A program made the translations under genes and the position numbers. A DNA stretch of 64,000 nt, from contig NC_047082.1 in the NCBI RefSeq assembly GCF_902459465.1, positions 12,028,001 through 12,092,000 on the forward strand, in the 5' to 3' direction. This document shows, piece after piece, positions 12,602-23,854 of the stretch (positions are counted from its first letter, which is position 1; each line of letters begins with the position of its first letter). Origin of the DNA: Asterias rubens (Eukaryota). The notes beneath the pieces were generated by a model. The model saw nothing but the letters and a program-made list of their open reading frames with translations. It was not told where the DNA came from and did not search any database.

Positions 12602-13339
12602 ATTAATTTCCAAACAGGTTTCTGAAGTCTTTGAATTAGGACAAACAAGGCTAGACAAGCTATCTATTTTTTAGAAGAAAACAAAGAAAAGAAAAAAATG
12701 TAATAAAAACATTTTAAAAATGTTTTTATATATATTATTGAAATCACTTGGATTTAAAAATAAATTACTGTTGTAACATCTTGAAAGGCCATTTAGACAT
12801 CATGTTACATACAATGTAACTACCCATAGGATGTAGTAAGTATAATGAAATACAACACTGTTTGTCACAAAAATATGGGGTCCATGTGAGACAGGGGTTG
12901 AGCTACATTTTATCATGGTAATTTCCATCAGAGTCATCCGAACTTTTGTCAGCGTTCACTGTACATGTAATGTGATATTTAAAGGCAGCTGAAAGCACAC
13001 AACTTATTTTCTCGCAACTTTGACAACCAATTGAGCTCAAACTTTCACCGGTTTGTTATTTTGTGCATACAAATTGAGATACATGTACACCAAGTGAATT
13101 GTCTTTAAGTGTTCAGTGTCTTTAAAGGCTATAATGTCAAGAAAGAAGTAAAGTCAGTGAATGCGAGTTGAATAGATCTGTAGTTATTTATAAACAAGCA
13201 AAAGACAGTCATACATTTTTTTCATAAAAAACATCAAACAAATCCATGTTTATCGAAGGTGGCAGCATGAACCATCCAAAACACACTCTGGCTTCAGTAT
13301 TCACAAAAAGACACCAAGGAAAATGAATTGCATCTCCAA

Positions 13340-13827
13340 AACTCGCTTTGAGTTTTCCTCGAAATGTCGTGGTTTTTCTTTTATACTCTACTAACTAACA
13401 CGGTCGGCCATTTATTGCTCCCATAAATGGTCGACCATTTATTGCTCCCATAAATGGTCGACCATTTATTGCTCCCATAAATGGTCGGCCATTTATTGCT
13501 CCCATAAATGGTCGGCCATTTATTGCTCCCATAAATGGTCGACCATTTATTGCTCCCATAAATGGTCGGCCATTTATTGCTCCCATAAATGGTCGGCCAT
13601 TTATTGCTCCCATAAATGGTCGGCCATTTATTGCTCCCATAAATGGTCGACCATGTTAGTCGACAAGGTAAAAGGAAAACCAAGCAATTTCGAGTGATAC
13701 TTGTGTGGATCATTATATTTTACTTTTAAAATATCTGTCTAATCATAATATATGCATTTTATAACAGACGGTCACAAACGCTTTTCAAAGACCAACTCGA
13801 CCGATCCAAGGCAACGTGGTCCTTTAA
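13340..13827. mobile_element. One-ended family C MITE carrying a 9 x 27-bp tandem array (13408-13650)
   Basis: Flanks of the array match family C; unit ccatttattgctcccataaatggtcg(a/g). Confidence 0.88.
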
Positions 13828-16093
13828 TTCTACTATTGATTTCTAATCAAGGTGCCCTGGCATTTCAGATGAAACAGTTTCGCAGGATTCTTATAGGCAT
13901 TTTACCAATAACTCCTGGACCAGACATTGTACTGAAAAGGTCAAATTTCTTCGCCAATTCATTCATAATTTAATGCCATGTCACTCACCAACATTGTTTA
14001 ATAGTCATTAAAAAAATACACCGAATGTCTAGTATTATTATTGAGGTTTCTTCAAGTCTAGCAATTAAATATTTCAAAGAATACCACAAAAGGTAAAGCA
14101 ATTCTGATCATCTGTGATGTAATTGTAAACCTGTGAATGCATTGGTGTCTAATGGATCTATACCTTGCACTATTATCTAAACTAATTATCTATGCAATCA
14201 TCCACTTACTCCTTTCCTAGTATCCTTAATTGCCAATCTAAACTATTATTACATCCAACTGTCCAAACAAAAACTCCTCCGGAGTTCCGCTGGAATTCCG
14301 CTGGAGTTCCGCTGGAGTTCCGCTGTCCTGAACATTTTTAATAGATTCATTGGTAGATACACATTCACTTGTTTTGATTTGTGTGCAGTTGTGGCTACCC
14401 TATTGTGTACAAAATATACATTTAATTATTCAAGTACAATGTACCTTTTAAATAGTTTGCAATTCATTCCCCACATAAAGTGCATTTGACAGGTTTATCT
14501 GCAACCATTGCATCTTGCAATCAAGGAGACTTTACCAAACAATCTAGAATCACACGGTGCATTCAACATTTAACAAGGAATAAGTTCCATAATCAGGGAG
14601 ATTTTCAAATTTATTCTTCCAAACATGGAAAGATTGGTTTATGTATAAAGGGAACTTTTGGCAGAATCAGGGAAACATGGCAGCTTTGCAAGGGAGCTAG
14701 ACTCGGACATCGTTTGATATTTTGCTGATGAATCAAACAAGGCCCACACTTAATACATAAAGTACAATGTCAGTTGCTTTTTTTTTTAAACGTGATATAT
14801 AAAAAGATATTGTGTAAGTTAGTATTGTGGCTTTGATTCACTTCAAAATACCAGACAGTTAGCTATATGACTTACGAAGTCAAAGCCCAAGCTTTCTGCA
14901 ATGGGCAAGTTTTGTACCAGTGTAACTCCATGGAAGAAATCTTTGAATCTTATAGCTTATTACTTAATAGCTTATGAGGATTACACTCTTTGATTTGTTG
15001 TTATATTTTCTATTAAACAAAATGGGGCATGCACATCCCAAAAGGCCCAACTGCAAGGCCTTTGGGCTGAATTTTGAATCTGTCTGATTCTGAACAGAAA
15101 ATACTGTCAAATGATTTTCTGTTACAAGCAGGATAGCAGCTGGTTACCTGGTAAACCTATTCTGCTAAGCATAACTTGGACCCTAGTTTGAATTTGTAGA
15201 GTGAAAAGGGCTTTTAAGCTTTTTTCAGAAAAGCACCTATTTGAAATTAGGTCAGATGATGTTTAGGCCTATAGTTGGTTTCAAAGCTGCAGAGATACCA
15301 AATGAAGTCAATAATGCATATCAAACAGAACCGCCTCCAGGGGCCGATTTCATAGAGCTGCTTTACAAGCAAAAAATTTGCTTAAGAACGAAAAATAGCT
15401 CGCTTATTTTACACATGTTACTGGCCAAAATGTCATGCCATAAAATACATGGCTTGCAACTGGTATTTAGCTAATGTTTACTCTAAGCATAACAATTGAG
15501 GGTAGTCTTGGCCGGTAATCTGATTTTACTAAGCAAGGATTTTTTTGCCTTTAAGCAAAATTCTCTGCTTAATTAAGCAGCTCTATAAAACTGGGCCCAG
15601 GTTGAAATGCCCAACAATTGACAAACTTTACATGCCTGCTGGCACACCTTCAAGAATAGTAAATAGTTTCCATACCGCAGTATTAAAGTTCATTCTTTAC
15701 TTTTCTTTTGAATGGGAGTTGTGACTATGGTGGCACATTGTGTACATTCATATGTATACAATGCCTATTGCAAATTATCCAGGTTGTTCGGGATCAACAG
15801 TTTTATAATTGATGATCTATAAATCACTTTGGTCAATGTACAATTCTGTTCCTCGCTAGAAAAAATTAAATCTAAACTTAAAACCCATCTTTTTAATCAC
15901 AGAAGCGCTTAGAGACTTTATTTTGTAATATGCGCTAATTTAAGAACCTCCTTATTATTATTATTATTATTATAAGTTAAAAGTGAGTTAAACATCCGAT
16001 CATGTCTATTTTTTAAAAGTGCTTTCGGCCGTTATTGTTTTACAAGGAAATTCAGTGGACTAGAACTTAGTTTTTAATTCAACCAGATTTAAA

Positions 16094-16459
16094 TTAAAGG
16101 GAAGGTACATGTTTGGTAATTACTCAAAACAAGTATTAACTTAAAAACTGACTTGGTAACGGTCATTGGAGAGCTGTTGATAGTATAAAACATTGTGGGA
16201 AATGACTCCCTCTGAAGTAACGTATTTTTTGAGAAAGAGGTAATTTCTCACTGAAATAATAAAAGACTTCTAGCTAGTAGTCTTTTATTCCTATCTGAAA
16301 GCACAAAAACTTGTGTGTTTTTTCTTTCATCATTTTCTTGCAACTTCGATGACCAATAGAGCCCAAATTTTCACAGGTTGTTATTTTATGCATGTGATGG
16401 GATACCCCAAATGAGAACACTAGTCTTTGACAATTACCAAACGTGTACAGTGCCTTTAA
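16094..16459. mobile_element. TTAA MITE family B (hybrid right end)
   Basis: TTAA-AGGGAAGGTAC...GTGTACAGTGCCT-TTAA. Confidence 0.85.
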
Positions 16460-17939
16460 GGGCCACACGATAGTTTTTCATAAATATTCCCCAGCCCTAA
16501 ACCCTTCTCCCAGATGTTTTAAGGGCAAAACAAAAAGTGTTTCCCCATTAATTTATATCAATTGGATAAGCCACAAAATGGCTTCCTGGGTTTTCAGTAA
16601 AATAATTTTTTTTCAACTGACTAAATGAGCACAACTGTGTAGAATCAGCCGTTCATTACTGCATGATTGCATAAAAACCATTGAATGCATATCAACTGTC
16701 CAACTACATGTAATTCAGAGTATAAATGCTGCTGTTAGTTTCACTACCATATGTTGAGTCTTTTTAAACTAATATTTTGAACACTACCAGTATTTATTAT
16801 TTACCACATGAGCATAAAACTGTTCATATTAAAGGAAAGGTATACTTTTTATTTATTGTCAAAGACCAGTGTTCTCAAACAATGCATAAAATAATAAACC
16901 TTGGGTCAATTTCACAAAGAGTTGGGACTCGTCTTATCTCGAGGTAGGACGAGTAACTTGTCCTAACTTAGGATTAATCTTAAGGTCTGTATGCTACAGT
17001 GCAGGGTTGGGACTCGTCCTAAGTCCTAAGATTAGTCTTAAGTTATGAAGAGTTTTGTGAAATCAACGGCTGTGTATTTTGGGGGCTCAATTGGTCATCA
17101 AGGTTGAACAAAAAAATTGAAAAAACAAAACAAAAAACAACTTGTCGTAAAGATTTGTGTGCTTTCATTTGCCAAAAAAGGATTCAAATTTGTTGGTCCA
17201 TCAGTATTGTATGCATGCACAGCTACATGTATTTCTCTAAATTTGCATTGCTTCAAAGGGGTCGTGTCTCACACATAAGTAAAGTTAAGGTCATTCATTT
17301 TTGGAGTAATGGATCTGAGTGAACAAGTTGTGTGCACATTGAATGTTTATAACCTGTCTAGCAACACGATACATTTTGTAATACATTCAGGGAAAATGTT
17401 CACTGTATCCCCTTATCATTTGAACATGATTGATATAGTTGCCAGTGGCTGCTTAATTGATATTCCCCATGAAATTGACTTTACAAAAATGTTTTATTCA
17501 CAAATGAGGAAGGAGTTAGGCTAATCCATGGAAAATCATAACATGATAGCACAATTACGTCTTGTTCAATTTTTATTTGATTTTATATGAACCAAAAGGG
17601 CAATATTTCTGATTTCAAATATTTCCATTTGAAAACATAAAGTTGCATCAGACAGAATATTTTTCCTTTTTCATAAAAAAAAACAAACAAAAAAAAACAG
17701 ACAAAAGTGCCAGTTGAAGATCAGCTGGAATATTACAAGTAATAAAAACTAAACAGAAGTCAATCAAATCAGGTATGCTTCCTCTTTGGAAAATGGAATG
17801 AAGGATTGGTTTGTTTTTCCAGGCCGGTATGCTTCGTTTTTGAAAGGGCATGGCATTTTCTACTTGGCACAGGGAACACTATCTATGGTATGAGGAAATT
17901 GTTAAACTTCTATTGTGTCCATTTCAAGAGCACCAACAT

Positions 17940-18230
17940 AACATAACAATTAAAATTTTATAAGGCGCAATTCCATCAAGATCATAGCGCACTAGAAAGA
18001 AATTAACTTGGAAAATGGTGAGTCTTAAGGACTTTACGAAAAGCAGAAAGAGTAGTAGATTCCCTACAGTTGGGAGATTGTACCAAATCATTGGCCCAGC
18101 CACACTGAAAGCCTTTTTGACCTAGAATTTTGTTTGCTCGGGGAACATTCAAGCGAGTGATGTCAAGTGCGGACCGAAGAAATCGAGGAGGAGTGTAATG
18201 TGACAGTAAAGTGGTAATATAATGAGGTGT
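17940..18230 (-). mobile_element. L2-clade LINE 3' fragment (degenerate)
   Basis: Conceptual translation YTPPRFLRSALDITRLNVPR...LGQKGF...STTLSAFRKVLKTHHF resembles the L2/CR1-group ORF2 C-terminus (P.R.LRS...L.VPR...G.RAF...SL..FK..LKTHLF). It is followed by an L2-type tail (gcgctat...gcgccttataaa). Confidence 0.7.
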
Positions 18231-18901
18231 AGTTTTGTTAATATATAAAGCATTTAAAAACAAGAAGAGCAATCTTAAAATGAATTGGATCTCTAATTGG
18301 TAGCCAATGAAGTTCCCTAAGTGATGGGGTAATATGTTCTCTCAAGGGTGTGGAACATATTAAACGTGCTGCACTATTTTGTAATCTAAGGCACAGAGGT
18401 TGCTTTCGTTGCCTTCATGAAGTACATTAATTATGCACGAGGCCTGATTTACAGGAAACTTTCTGTAAATTTGTTTTGGTGACAACAGAACAAAATAAAT
18501 AAACCATGCCGATGATTAGATTCTAACTATGAACTGTTTTGTTTACTTTGTGTCTGCAAACTTATCAGTTGCAATATTGACACACTGGGGGAATGCAAAC
18601 AAGCCTGGATAATTGATTTCATTTCTGCATGGGTGCGATACTTTTAATGCACCAAACTATTTTTTAATTAGCGGAGCCAATATTTTTTTAACATAGCACA
18701 GGAAGAGGCGGGGGTAAGATGCTGTTATCCAATGATGAAAGTTTAACCACAACATTGATACAAATTACAATAGATTTGTAGACCAAGAAACTGGGGCTCT
18801 GTACAATTGCAGTTACTGGGTCTTTGAGTAATAGACCCAATAACACGTCATTGTTTTTGGTTGATGGAAATTCCTAAAATACAAAATAACTGTATGGAGA
18901 T

Positions 18902-19668
18902 TTAAAGGCAGTGGATTTAGATGGTAATTACTCAAAACCTTACTTTGTAACGAGTAATGTGGAGCTGTTGATAGTATAAAATATTGTGAGAAACGGCTCC
19001 CTCTGAAGTAGCGTACACATGTAGTTTTCGAGAAAGATTAATTTTCCCACGCATTTGGTTTTGAGACCTCAGAACCAAATTTTTGAGGTCTCAAAATCAA
19101 ACATCTGAAAGCATAGTTGCAATAAGGCCAAGTAAAAAAAGAAACATGTTTCGCGTCCCCGCCCGCTTCCTTTTTACAGGCCGCCTCCTTTTTTATTTTA
19201 TTTTTTATTTTATTTTTTTATGCACATTATTTTTTAATTTTTTTTAAATAGGGTTATTTTAAATGATCCACGCAAAAACAATTTGAATGTCTTGTCTGAA
19301 TGCCCCGACTAAATTGTTTCATTTATGTTTGGTGTATTTCAGCAGTAGAAAAAACAATGGATATTTGACATTTTAACAAAGAATGGCGGCCATCTTGAAA
19401 TAAAAAATAAAAAATAAAAAGCCCCTCTTCCTCCCTTTTTTTTTTACTCGGCCTAATGTAACTCTCCTCCCGACATCGGGAGGAGGGTTACATTATCCCA
19501 ACTACTGAAAGCACACAACTTTGAGTGACAAGGATGTTTTTTCTTTCACAGTTATCTCGCAACTTGAGCTCAAATTTTCACAGATTTGTTATACATTTGT
19601 ATGCATGTTGAGATAACAAGTGAGAAGACTGGTCTTTGACATGTACCGAAGGTGTCCAGTGTCTTTAA
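18902..19668. mobile_element. Family A MITE interrupted by a TAGTTG...CAACTA element (19114-19504)
   Basis: Family A sequence resumes after the insert; direct repeat ctgaaagca at 19105-19113 and 19505-19513. Confidence 0.82.
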
Positions 19669-19801
19669 CTGGCTCATCATAATGTCCAGAGTTAAGTTCT
19701 TTAATGGTACCACCTTTCAATTTCACTGTACTACTCAGGCATGGAATGACACGAAGGCCAAGCATGTACGTTGCCCCTGGTGTTGGCCTTTGGGGAAAAA
19801 A

Positions 19802-19924
19802 TTCCGTATGGCGCCACCACTTTTTCATTCGAAATAAAATAATATAGTATCTAATTTACCTGATTGATATATCCCTTTTAGTAAAAATGAGTGAAAAAGT
19901 GGTGGCGCCATACGGAAAGTTATC
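19802..19924. mobile_element. ~125-bp MITE with TIR TTCCGTATGGCGCCACCACTTTTT (other copies ~28735-28856 and ~52447-52577)
   Basis: Long near-perfect TIRs; three copies in the window. Confidence 0.85.
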
Positions 19925-20272
19925 AAAATTAAAATAGCCATGCCCTTTGATTCCCCTTTGAACAGGTTAAAAAATGAAATCCCTGGCCTAATGACCAACA
20001 CCCCATCTTTTTTTTTCTTCCTTCAATCAAAATAATTTTTATTTTTAAGCATTAGATTTGCCACTCAAATTCGATTTGGTAGCCTACACTTATCAACAAT
20101 TTCAGTGAAAAGGGATTTAAACTTAGTACACTGTATGACTGTGTGACTGTTGAATAACTAATAATTCTGACTTCCGAGTGCAGTTAACCGTTAAATTAAA
20201 AATCTAAAACACAAAAGGCCAGACCTACAACTAAGCCACATTAATTCACAATAAATTACAATGTTTACTTAC

Positions 20273-20359
20273 CACAGAATTTGGATCCATGTTTAACTCC
20301 TTCTTTCACACACTAGAACTGTGCAAAATGTGCTATTATCTGGCTGTTTAAAACACGAT
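20273..20359 (-). CDS. NIPAL2: Candidate first coding exon of the NIPAL gene (5'UTR plus MDPNSV, CDS 20273-20290)
   Basis: Acceptor tttttgtag, then ATG GAT CCA AAT TCT GTG and donor gtaagt. Phase 0 matches the 7590 acceptor. Implies a 12.7-kb intron; linkage is inferred, not proven. Confidence 0.55.
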
Positions 20360-23300
20360 CTACAAAAATGGTGATTGTTACTGCAATTCATGCTCTGCAC
20401 GAAGTGTGTCCAAACTGTAGTATACAAAGTCAGTGACCGTAGAAGAAGTGGGTGTGGGACCAAGTCGTCGGACTACAAGTGGTGGGCGAATGGACGGCGT
20501 GCATACGGCCCAGCAGATCAGACAGCTCCACTGAAAACATCCCAACCGCGATGTATGGTATGTGTATGTGCCAAAAAAAAGTTGATTGTTTCATCAAGTT
20601 ACAGATACATGTGGTTCTTTCTTGCTCGACACACGTTGGTGGATTTTTTTTGTAACTATTTGCTGTGCAATAAATGGTTTCAATTGGGTCAAACCATGGA
20701 GCTGTAAAACGGTCAAACTTAACTGTATGCAGGTTGAATGGATCAAAGCTGCGCTGTTGCGCGTGAAACTGTACTCTGTGCACACGTACACACACACAAA
20801 CCACACACACCACTCGAGTATGGATGCAATCTCAAACACGAATAAAGCATTAGTCGGTCTATGGCCCGGCATGGCATGCATGGTTGATTCTTAGTAAAAT
20901 CAAAGTTACGGTCTGTTGCGCTCGATAGTATTAGCCTTTTTTTCTGGCCTCGTTTGACAGACGCCCTCTGTATTTTGCCAGCATTTAACCTACAATACAT
21001 CGTTTCTAAACCAAGAAATAATACCAAGACCTGCCAACTTATCCCGACGCTGTGGAACACTATAACATCCAAAATCAAAATTAATGAGCATATCAAACAC
21101 GTTCACATTCAATGAATTCTTTACGTGCCCAGCTCCTACATGTTTATCTAGTCTAGGGTTATTTGAACTTTTTGTTTGTCGTGGGATGTGCCAAGTACGA
21201 GTGGAAACAGTCTCCTGCTCCTCATAAAATATCTGTGAGACCTCCCCTGCTTTTAGTGGAATGGTCCAGTTTAGGATGCTGATGAATATGACTACACCAG
21301 GTTCTTGCACTTTGGAAATTGCTTATTTTAGTCATTGAATGATTAAGAGGGGGTATATTCCATCTTCCTTTCATGTTTGAAGTGATATATAATGTATATC
21401 AAGACTATAAACATAATCTGTATTCAAAACCAAAAGAACTTTTAAAATATTTTAGCTGAATCATGGTGGATGTTTAATTTTTTTGAGGGGGGGGGACCCC
21501 TAAGAACTATTCCAGGGAAAACCCAAACTATCAGGGCCCAATTTCATAGAGCTGCTAAGCACAACGGTTTTCTTAGCTTGAAATTTCTTCCTTGAAAAAA
21601 ACGGGATTACAACCCAAATTTCCATGTATTTCATATTATTATTATTATTTATTCAGCATAATAACACATAAAAAAAACCTAATAAAAATAAAAAATAAAT
21701 GTTACTGGTATTCAGCTGTTGTTTGCTTATCCTGAAAACCAAGTGGAAATTTGGTTGGTAATCCTGTTTTTATCACGGTAAAAATTTCAAGCCAAGCAAA
21801 TTGTTGCGCTTAGCAGCTCTATGAAATTGAGCCCTTGTTAGGACTGCAACCCAATCCAAAGTGCCCTGATGGGATTCAAAACTAGGTTCAAATAGGTCAA
21901 GAGGAGGAAAGGGTACAACCCCTTCAACCCAACAGCAAATCAAGTTGTAATTTTCAAAATAAAGGTCTTCATTATAAAAAGTTTTCAGGGGAATTCCACC
22001 CCTTTTAAATGAATTGCAAAAATCACAAAACTACAAAATCTAACAGCCCTTAACATTAAATCTGTAGGCCCAACCCTTATTTACAAAACATGATTGTTTT
22101 TTAATAAACGGACAACACACATTAAAGTCTTTTTTAGCCAAGTGTTAATTCAATTCAATTCAATTAAATTTATTATCCACAAATGGGAAATTCATTTCGA
22201 CCTGTACATCTATAAGTTAAAAATACATATAAATTATTTACAATGTCAGCACAAAAATATAATATTATTAAAAACATATTTGTCATTAAGTTTTATCAAC
22301 ATGTCCATTTTGCAGCAACAAAGATATCATTGTTGTGTTCTTAAAGAATAAATTTAATCATCTAAGAGAGGTTTGTAGCTACACCCTATAAATATATCTC
22401 TTTTTGAGTAGTGTTGGTTCTGGAAAGACTCGCGAAAAAAAAACACATTTTGTGGCAACAGACTTGCCATGATTTCTGGGCTGACTTGTTTTACACATTT
22501 CTCAAAAAAATACAGCACCTCAGCAATTACTATTTTTAGGGAAGCTTCTACCATCATTATCTTCAAACTGTGTAAGTTTAGTGTAAATCTGTGGACGTTG
22601 TGTTTTGTGTCCTACAAAATGTACCAAAACCCTTTTGAATCTGAAGGTACAAAGGTTGGGTGCAATCTTATGTGATCCCTTTTGTGTTTCTGATGACTTC
22701 ATAAATATCAATCAAACTTCAGGGAAGTCTCGTTTAATTTTTTGATTTGATGTTGATTAATTATTTGTTCACTAAAAAATAGCTTGGATGGGTCATCCAT
22801 TCTGATTGGTTGAGAGGAGATCATGTGGCCATTGTTAAACATGGCGTGAATTTTGAGTCAATTAAATTTCACGGCCCAAATTAAGTTGGCAGGTCGCATA
22901 ATTGGCTCATGCACACAAGTTCAAAACTTGCATCCACTAGTTAAGCACACAAGGTTTTAATTTGTGCAAGGAGCTAATTTGTGCTGAAAATGGACAGAAC
23001 TCCAAGCAAAGTCAAGGCAAGTTGAGGGGCTGAACTGTCAGATCTAGTCTCAACTTGCAAAGGTTTATTGAAATTTTTGAAGGAAAGGTATTTATGAATG
23101 GAAATATAACAGTGGTATGACTCAGTCATACGGCCCTGACCCTGTTGGTTTTTAATCAGGGAATAAAAGGATAGCGACGAGTTCTTAAACGGTTGTTTAA
23201 AACCGGCAGGGCCGTTGTCGTGTGATAAAGGCGAGGGCCTTTATCGCCGGATTATATGCAATTGTGCGTGTGTAGTCTTGGTGCAAGACGTTTTTTGTTT

Positions 23301-23854
23301 TCCTTTCACACACAGCGCGGCCATCTCACCAACAGAGCCCGCATCGCCCGTAACGAGAAACGTCATGCATCAAGACTAGCATGTAGTATCCGAAAACAAC
23401 CGGTTATAAACAGCTCCAGCTGGTTATTATCAACCGTTTAAACACCCCCACGTGACGCGCTCTCCACCAATAGGAATAGCAAAACTGAGGTATGAATGCC
23501 CCTTTAACGAGTAAGATATTGTTGCCCACTCTTTTATTCCCTTATTTGAAACTTTTACATAATATGTAGGATATGAAACTTTGCATGGTGGAAATACGAT
23601 ATAGTAAGTTGTTTTGCGGAAACAAACAATTAACCAAAATTAACTTTTTCATGGTTTGTGGCACAAATTGATGGTGTCGGCTAATGTTGCTGACAGGGTT
23701 AAGAGGCTAACTTGGAATGCATATTTACTCTGCTTACATGAGGACGCTCCAATCAGATCTTGGATTAACCCGAGTTGGTGATAGTGGAGGGATCTTTGGT
23801 CGAGTCACGATGCAGCAAGAACAACTCAACAGACTCACATTCCTTAAGATATAT

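Noticed and set aside
13381-13713. Repetitive ORFs (NKWPTIYGS)n and (MGAINGRPF)n; CRISPR-like appearance
   Set aside because: By-products of a 27-bp tandem array inside a MITE. There are no unique spacers and no cas genes, and the context is eukaryotic.
23448-23475. CCACGTGAC...CCAAT resembling an ER-stress element (second copy ~25137-25162)
   Set aside because: Order and spacing do not match ERSE (CCAAT-N9-CCACG), and both copies are inside a dispersed repeat.
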